Origin: Chrysemys picta bellii | Taxonomy: Eukaryota | Length of the DNA: 64,000 bases | Reading direction: 5' to 3' | Assembly (NCBI RefSeq): GCF_011386835.1 | Contig: NC_088794.1 | Span: 8,060,001-8,124,000 of the forward strand | Part shown: positions 56,168 to 64,000 of the stretch, piece by piece | How positions within the stretch are numbered: position 1 is the stretch's first letter | Layout of the letters: each line of letters opens with the position of its first letter | Program-made: the position numbers and the translations under genes | Notes under the pieces: generated by a model | Databases searched by the model: none | What the model was told of the DNA's origin: nothing | Seen by the model: the letters and a program-made list of their open reading frames with translations, nothing else

Positions 56168-57510
56168 GACTCATAGGTCTTAAGGCCAGAAGGAACCATT
56201 GTAATCATTGCTTGTATAACAGGCCAGAGAACTTCCCAAAATAATTCCTAGAGCAGAGCTCTTAGAACAGTATCTCATCTTGATTTAAAAATGGTCAGTG
56301 ATGGGAAATCTGCTAGGCCCCTCGGTAAATTGTTAGTTACTCACTGTTTAAAATGCACACCTTTATTCCACTCTGAGTTTGTTGAGCTTCAACTTCCAGC
56401 CATTGGACAGTGTTAGATCTTCCTCTGGTAGAGTGAAAAACTCATGATTAAATATTTGTTCCCCGTGTGGAGGTACTTACAGACTGGGATCAAGTCCACC
56501 CCTTACCCTTCTCTTAAGTGAAATAGACCGAGCTCTTGAGTCTGTCGCTAGGAGGCAGGTTTTCTAATCCTTTAATCATTCTCGTGGCTCTTCTCTCACC
56601 CATCTCCCATTTCTCAACATCCTTCTTTAATTCTGGGCACCAGAACTGGCCACAGGATTCCAGCAGCAGTTGCACCAGAGCCAAATACAGAGGTTAAATA
56701 ACCTCTCTGCGCCTACTCGCGATTCCCTTGTTTACGCCCCCAAAGATTGCATTAGCCCTTTGGCCACAGCGTCATCCTGGGAGCTCCCGTTCAGCTGATT
56801 ATTCACCAAGATCCCCAAAACTTTCTCAGTCCCTGCTTCCTAGGATAGAGTCCCCCATTGTGTAAGCGCGGCCCCCGTCCTTTGTTCCTATACATTTACA
56901 CTTGGCTGTATTAAAACACACATTGTGTCCAATTTACCAGCCGACCCAGTCGCTCTGTCAGTGACCTGTCCTCTTTATTATTTCCCACTCAATTTTTGTG
57001 TCATCCGCAAACTTCATCAGTGATGATTTTGTTTTCTTCCAGGTCACTGACAAAAATGTTAAATAATGTAGGGCCACAAACTGATCCCTGCGGGACCCAG
57101 TGGAAACACATCCATTCAATGGTGTTTCCCCATTTACTGTTACATTGTGAGACTTACCAGTTAGCTGGCTTTTAATCCCTTCAAGGTGGGTCATGTTAAT
57201 TTTATAGCGTTCTAGTTTTTTAATCAGGATATCATGTGGTACCAAGTCAAAGGCCTTACCGAAGTCTAAATATATCAACACTATTGCCTGTGTCAGTCAC
57301 ACTTGTCATCTCATCCAAAGTTACGAAAGTTTGACTGGATCTATTGTTCATAAACCCATGCTGCTTGATATTAATTACAGTGCTTTCCTTTATTAATGGA
57401 GTCCCCCAACAGCTGATCTATTATCTTCAGTGGGATTGAGGTCGGGCTGACAGGCCTATGATTATCCAGGTCATCCTGGTTACCCTTTTAAAATATTGGC
57501 AAAATTTTTG
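56168..57510 (-). mobile_element. CR1 LINE fragment (RT to 3' tail)
   Basis: IYLDFGKAFDLVPHDILIKKL..KFADDTK. Confidence 0.9.
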
Positions 57511-57944
57511 CGTGTGGTCAGCCAGGGCACTGCCAGGCGGCAGCTCATGGCTTTCATACTCCGGGGGAATGGGAAAGGGGTGTCTCCTTTTCTAACCTGT
57601 CACCCAGCACTGGAGAGTTAAGAGCTGCTAAGATGGAAGGGTTGTCCCATGACCCCAGAGCCTTCATCCCGCCAGTGAAATTTAAGGGGAATGCTGCATC
57701 CCATCACCCTCTTCGCTGCCATGATGGCTGAGAGGGGTTGGGGTGGAGACCCTGTCCTTGGGCTGGTGCTGCTCCATTCATGTGGCCCTGCTCCCCTCTC
57801 AGAACTGGGGCAGAGAACCCCGGAGTTGAGTCCCAGCCCCCAATCCACTAGGCCCCACTCCCCTCCCAGAGCCATAGATAGAACCTGGGACTCTTGACTT
57901 CCTCCCAGCTGACTAAACCTCATTCCCCTCCCAGAGCTGGGGAT

Positions 57945-60925
57945 AGAATCATAAAAATGTAGGACTTGATAGCTCATCCAGTCCCGTGCACTGAGGCACT
58001 TTCAAGTATTATCTAGACCGTTCCAGACAGGTGTGTGTCCAGCCTATTCTGAAAAATCTCCAATGACGGAGATTCCACACTCTCCCTTGGTAACCTGTTC
58101 CAGTGCTTAACTACCCTGACAGGATGTTTTTCCTAATATCTCACCTAAGTCTCCCTTGCTGCAATGTAAGCCCATTAGTCTTGTCATGTCCTTCGTGTAT
58201 AAGGAGAACAATTTGTCACCCTTCTCTTTGTAACAACCTCTTACATACTTGAAGACAGTTGTCATGGTTCCCTTCAGTCTTCTCTTCTCCAGAAAAACTC
58301 AGTTTTTTCAGTTGTTTTCTAGACCTTTAATCATTTTTGTTGCTCTCCTCTGGACTCTCTCCAATTTATCCACATCCATCCTGAAATGTGGCGCCCAGAA
58401 CAGGACACAATACTCCAGTTGAAGCCTAATCAGCGCAGAGTAGAGTGGAAGAATTACTTCTTGTGTCTTGCTTACAACATCCCTGCTAATACATCCCAGA
58501 ACGATGTTTGCTTTTTTTGCAACAGTGTGACACTCTTCGACTCATATTTAGCTTGTGATCCACTATGACCCCCAGATCCCTTTCTGCAGTACTCCTTCCT
58601 AGGCAGTCATTTTGTATGGGTGCAACTGATTGTTCCTTCCTAAGTGGAGTACTTTGCATTTGTCTTACTGAATTTCATCTTATTTATTTATTTCTACAGT
58701 TTGTCATGATCATTTTTAATTCTAATCTTATCCTCAAGTGCTTGCAACCCCTCCCATCTTGGTATCATCTGCAAACTTTATAAGTGTACTCTCTATGCCA
58801 TCGTCCAAATCATTTATGAAGATATTGAACAGAACTGGACCCAAAACTCATCCCTGTGGGACCCCGCTTGATATGCCCTTAACAAGTCAGAGTCTGGTTT
58901 GCCAACCAGTTGTGCGTTCACCTTATAGTAGGTTCACCTAGGCTGTATTTCCTTAGTTTGCTTATGAGACGTTCATGTAAGACAGTATCAAAAGCCGTAC
59001 TAAAGTTGAGATATGTGACATCTACTGCTTTCCCCTCCCGATCCACAAGTCTCGTTATCCTGTCAGAGAAGGATATTAGGTTGGTTTGATATGGTTTGTT
59101 CTTGACAAATTCATGTTGACTGTTACTTATTACCTTATTTTCTTCTAGGTGCTTACAAATTGAGTGTGTGTTTGCTCCATTATCTTTCTGGGTCCTGAAG
59201 TTAAGCTGACTGGTCTATAATTCCCTGGGTTGCCCTTATTCCCCTTGCTATAGATAGGGATTGTATTTGCCCTTTTCCAGGCCTTGGGTCTCTCTCCCAT
59301 TCTCCACGAGTTCTCCGAGATAATTGCTAACGGCTCAGAGATCTCTTCAGCCAGTTCCTTAGGTATTCTAGACGGATTCCATCAGACCCTGCTGACCTGA
59401 AGACATCTAACTTAATTCCCAACTTGTTCTTTCCCTATTTTAGCACAGATTCTACCCCATTTACACTGATGTTCACTACGTTAGACATCCAGTCACCGCT
59501 AACCTGTTTGGTGAAACCTGAAACAAAAAGGGCATTTAACCCTTTGGCCATTGCTGCGGTTTTTTGTTATTGTCTTTCCCTCTTCATTGAGTAACGCGCC
59601 TACCCTGTCCTTGGGCTTCCTCTTGTTTCTAATGTATTTGTAAAATGTTTTCTTATTACCCTTTATGGCCCTAGCTAATTGAATCCTGTTTAGTGCCTTG
59701 GCCTTTGTCACTTTAGTCCCTACATACTCTCATCCTTCGTAAATTGACCTAGTTTCCTCTTTTTGTATGACTCTTTGTTGCGTTTCAGGTCTTCGAAGAT
59801 CTGGTTAAACCAGGGTGGTCGCTTACCATACTTCCTTCTCTCCTTAGCCTGGGGATGGTTTGCTCTTAATAATATCTCTTTAAAAAACTGCCAACTCCCC
59901 TGCACTTGTTTCCCTTAGACTTGCTTCTCATGGGCTCTGACCTGCCATTTCTCTGAGTTTGCTAACGCCCGCCTTCTTGAAGTCCATTGTTTTTTTTTAT
60001 TCTGCTGTTTTCCCTCCTACTATTCCTTAGAACCATGAACTCCATCTTTTCATGATCACGTTGACCCAATCTGCCTTCCACCTTCAAATTCTCAACCAGT
60101 TCTGCCCTGTTTGTCAGAATCCACTCTAGGACAGCCTCTCCTCTAGTCGCTCTCTCCACCTTCTGCAATAAAAGTCTTCTCCAATGCAGTCTAAGAACTT
60201 GTTGGAAAATCTGTGTCCTGCTGTACTTTCCCAACAGCTGTCTGTGTAGGTGAAGTCCCCCATCACCACTAAGGTCTGGTCTACACTACAGACTTCTAGC
60301 GGTATAATTTCATCGCTCAGGGGTGTGAAAAATCCACACCTCTGAGCCACGTAGTTACACCAACCTAACCCGCCGTCTACACCGCACTATGGCAGAAGGA
60401 GAGCTTCTCCCGTCGACATAGTTACCGCCTTTTGGGGAGGTGGAATAACTACGCCGAAGGAAGAGCTCTTTCCTGTCATCTTAGAGTGTCTTCAAGTGCT
60501 ACACCGGTGCAGCGTTTTAAGTGGACGTTTGCCCTAAGGCTTGTGTTTGGGATGATTTTGTTAGTTGTTTAAAAAAACCCTCATCCACCAATTGATGGTC
60601 CCTCGTAGACCCCTACCATGACCTTACCCTTATATTTTACTCCCTTTATCCTTTCCCAGAGCTTTTCAGCAGTCTGCCTCCCTTCTCGTTCAATCTCCGT
60701 GTAAGTGTATACATCTTGGATATTCAAGGCAACCCCTCCTCCCTTTGTTCCCCTACCTGTCCTTCCTGAACAAGCTGGACCCGTCTATACTAATAGTCCA
60801 GTCATGTCAATTGTCCCACCAAGTCACTGTGATGTCAGTGATGGCCTAAGTGTGATTATTCACTAATAGTTTTAGTTCTGCCTGTTTATTCTCCCTACTT
60901 CTAGCATTAGTATACAGCCATCCAA
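57945..60925 (-). mobile_element. Long decayed CR1 LINE (EN-RT-tail), split by a Harbinger MITE
   Basis: [34 protein letters not shown]; [32 protein letters not shown]; [20 protein letters not shown]; RT region near 58700-59000. Confidence 0.92.
60273..60534. mobile_element. Harbinger MITE inside CR1
   Basis: Starts GGTCTGGTCTACACTA; TSD TAA (60270-60272, 60535-60537) in CTAAG context. Confidence 0.85.
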
Positions 60926-61479
60926 GAACCCAGGAGTCTCGACTCCCAGCCCTCCTGATCTAACCCACTAGACCCAGAGCTGGGGAGCCCTTGAGCAACA
61001 GAAGGTGAGTGGCTGAAGCTCTGCTCCTAGTCTCCAGCTGGTTTCTGCTGTTCCATGAACCCCCAGGGGCTATGGATGAAAACTTCAGGATTGACTCAGG
61101 TTTCAGGGGCCAGGCTTATGCAAGGCCTCAGACCGCCACCAGGGGCTGCTGCAGCGAGTACACAGCCCCCCCTAGTGGCGCATTTGGGGCCAGCCCTGAC
61201 TGTGAAGGGAGAGCGCCCCCTACTGCGCCCCCCACCCTCGTTCCCCGCCGCTCGGCACGGCGCCCCCTTAGCACGGAACTGGGGCCAGCTCGGACTGTGA
61301 GGCCCCCTCCTGCGCCCTCACCCCGCTCCTACCCAGATCCAGTGACCCTGCAGCGCGTAGGGGCTGGGGGTGCAAGTAGCCCCGGGTTTCAGGACACGTG
61401 TTAATGCCCCTGGCTCTCCTCTCAGCTGGGCTGGGGGCAATCGCACCCCCTCCCCATGGGGCGATTCCTAGGCGAGATC

Positions 61480-61741
61480 AGGAACTATTGCAAGGAGGGG
61501 ACGGAATAAGGCAGGGACCTTCCTGTTCCCAGCAATCCCCCCGGCTTGTGTTGTGTTGTGTGTGCGCCTGGCAGCTGGGAGGGGAGCGCACAAAGAGACC
61601 CGCCGCCGGCCACTGCTGCCGCGGGGCCGCGTCTCCGGCTGCAGCCCCGGCCCCGGGAGGGGATCGCCCCGGCCGGGCGCTGAGCGGGGGCGAGGAACAG
61701 CAGCCGAGGCAGGAAATCGCTGCCCGGAGGCAGCGGCCGCG
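61480..61741 (+). promoter_or_regulatory. CpG island / probable non-coding exon 1 of the downstream ZNF gene
   Basis: CpG-dense; donor GCG|GTGAGG at 61741/61742. Confidence 0.55.
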
Positions 61742-62284
61742 GTGAGGAGGGGATCGGAGCCGAAGGGGGCTGGGACCGGAGAGATCCCCCGCCCCCGGGC
61801 AGCGGCGGGGTGGGGCTGGGGAAGGGAATGATGCTAGGCCCGGGGGATCTGGCCACAGGGGTCCCCGGGAGCAGAGGAGAGAGCGCTGCGATGGTTGCAA
61901 AGCCCCCCGGGCATGTGGCCCTAATTCCAGCTGGAAATTGTATTGTGTTTCAATAACTCCCCAAGGCCTGTACTGAATGGTGCAGAAATGGAACCCAGGA
62001 GTCCAGGGTGTGGGGGGTGTCTGGGTGTTTAATCTTCTCCCCCGCCCTCCTGGTTCTCCGGGCCCCAGAGATTTCTGTGTTGGTGGTGTTCGCCTCCTGG
62101 AATTGGCATGTGTTGGGGGTAGCGGGGTAGGGGCTGGCTGAAGGTTTGAGCATCCAGGGGGTGGTTTGAGAGAAGTGCCTGAGCTGGAAGGGGCAGCCCA
62201 ACAACTTTGGCATGTTACACGTCATCATTAGGTTTCAGAGTCGATGCCCCCATTGAGAAGAGTGGAGGCAATTCATGCCTTTCA

Positions 62285-62664
62285 GGGCAAGTCTACGCTA
62301 TGATATTAAGTCCATCTAAGTACAGCCATTGCAGAGATTGAATCGGTTTTACACGTCCACACTACGCTCCTTGTGTCGGTGGCACGCATCCTCACCAGGA
62401 GCTTATTAGCTACCAGTGGGGGGCATTGGGGGATGGTTTCTGACAGGCAGCAACAGTGGATGTAAGTAACGGAGATTTTACACGGACACCGTGTTGACCT
62501 AACTACATCGACTTAAGCGCTACGCCTTCGCGGAGGTGGAGTTATTAAGTCGGTGCAGTGGGCGAGTTACATCGGTGGGAGCTACGTTTTAGTGTAGACG
62601 CTTACAGAGCCAGGTCGATGTAAGCTGCCTTACATCAGCCTACCTGTGTCGTGTGGACCAGGCC
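62285..62664. mobile_element. Harbinger MITE
   Basis: Ends GGGCAAGTCTACGCTA / GTGTGGACCAGGCC; TSD TCA (62282-62284, 62665-62667). Confidence 0.85.
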
Positions 62665-63025
62665 TCAGAGTAATCAGTTCAGGCTCTCTGCAGACTCAGG
62701 CAGATGCTGGGTCATGTTCTCCATATTTTCTGTGCACCTATGACAGCTAGAAACATGTTTTTCCCTTGGTGAAAACTGAAGTTCTGCTACTAATGGTGCA
62801 TTCTGGGCACTTAATACATGTAAGCATAGTCTTGTGATTGTAAATTGGCCCAATGCCAACTATTGGGCTGGAGGGTGTTGAGTGATGGTGCCATGATTAG
62901 TTAATTAAGCTCTTGGCTAAGGGGCCCTCTGGAAGTGGGGCGCTAACAGTGGATGGCACCAGAATGAGAAGGGGAAACCTAACAATGTGTTTGAATTCAG
63001 CAGCTCGCTCCACATGACTGGGATC

Positions 63026-63152
63026 ATGCCTGGCCCTGCACCAGGGTTCCCCGACCCGGCCGGGATCTCCCGGCTGGAGCGAGGGGAAGAGCCCAGGGTC
63101 CCGGATCTCCAGGGCTCCGAGGAAAGGGAGATCCTGAGAGGTGTCCGCGCAG
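63026..63152 (+). CDS. First coding exon of a KRAB-B-like zinc-finger gene (partial; continues beyond the window)
   Basis: [43 protein letters not shown]|GTGAGG resembles the KRAB-B exon (xISxLERGEEPWVPDLQ) with a phase-1 donor; acceptor TTCAG(CAG) at about 63000/63003. No zinc fingers inside the window. Confidence 0.75.
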
Positions 63153-64000
63153 GTGAGGAATGAATGACACGGGCTTAGGGACTGGGAGTGAAGGGAAAAG
63201 CTGGTTTCCCACCAAAGCCATTGGGAGCCCTCCCGCCCCCCGTTCTGTTTTCCACTCCCCCCTTCCTGTTACTGTGTGACCCCATCCACAGCCATGAGGA
63301 ACACGCCCAGCAATGGCGGGGAATTGGGCTCCAACTCCTGCACCCTGTGGGGCCAGATGCTCCCCCAGTGCTCAGCACTGCCTCTTTCTGCTCCCCCCAT
63401 GACAGCTGGGGAACCCCAAGGGCCACTGCGGATCCTAAAATCTCCCCCGCAGCATCTTCCTGAGCAACACCCCCCCTCACCCAATTCTGTTTCCATAGAG
63501 ATGGGATGGGGAGATGTGGAAGGGGCTAGACCCCCATCACTACGGATACAGGTGGGTAGGGACCTCTAGGCTCCACCTCTATAGTTATTGGGATGCGGGG
63601 GCAGGGTGATGTATGTTCTAGGCCGTGTCTCTGTGGTATGGGCGGGCCAGGGAAACTTGTGCTCTAAGCCCCGTCTCTGTGGTTATTGGGGGCGGGGGGG
63701 GGGGGGGAGGGCAGTGGTGACTCACATTCTATGCCCCTTCTTTATGGACACTAATGGTGCCTGGGAGCAGCGCCAGCTCCCCAGGCCAGTGCCTGCCCTG
63801 GCATCTCTCTGGGCACAGCTGCGATCTGCCCTGCCAGAGGGAGGGTCTCTTTGCTGCAGTTCAGCTGGGATCACTTCCCAGGACACAGGCCAGAGAGGAG
63901 AGACCCTGTGGGGTTGGGATCTCTGGGGGGTAGCATCACCTAGCTACTGGGCCGGGGGTGGGGGGGATGGGTCTCCCATCCGGCGGCCAAACAGACCAGA

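Overview
This is eukaryotic, GC-rich vertebrate DNA, almost certainly from a turtle: it carries a tortoise tRNA-derived Pol III SINE, PsCR1-type LINE tails, and Harbinger, Penelope and hAT repeats of the kind abundant in turtles. It holds the conserved gene block TMEM265(+), PHKG2(+), CFAP119/CCDC189(-) and RNF40(+), followed by the first exons of a KRAB-B-type zinc-finger gene(+). I reconstructed all coding exons of the four genes by hand from GT-AG boundaries and phases, and all four frames are intact (124, 413, 269 and 1020 aa). The first 14 kb and PHKG2 intron 3 are stacks of nested transposons: a decayed two-gene Harbinger, a Gmr1-like Gypsy with integrase before RT, Penelope elements, CR1, RTE, L1/Tx1, and hAT and Harbinger MITEs. 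The most notable observations are: (1) a ~59-bp minisatellite that multiplies the RNF40 exon-15 splice acceptor into 5-6 decoy copies; (2) four minimal hammerhead-ribozyme motifs in Penelope termini, where the two lying sense to host pre-mRNAs are the damaged ones; (3) a TG..CA solo LTR with a 4-bp TSD that contains a tRNA-like Pol III promoter (Helenus/TRIMp3-like); and (4) a CFAP119/RNF40 bidirectional promoter with 10 same-strand CCAAT boxes, two RFX X-boxes and an adjacent TAATTA/ATATTCATGA motif cluster. Repeat family names come from motif recognition, not from a database search.
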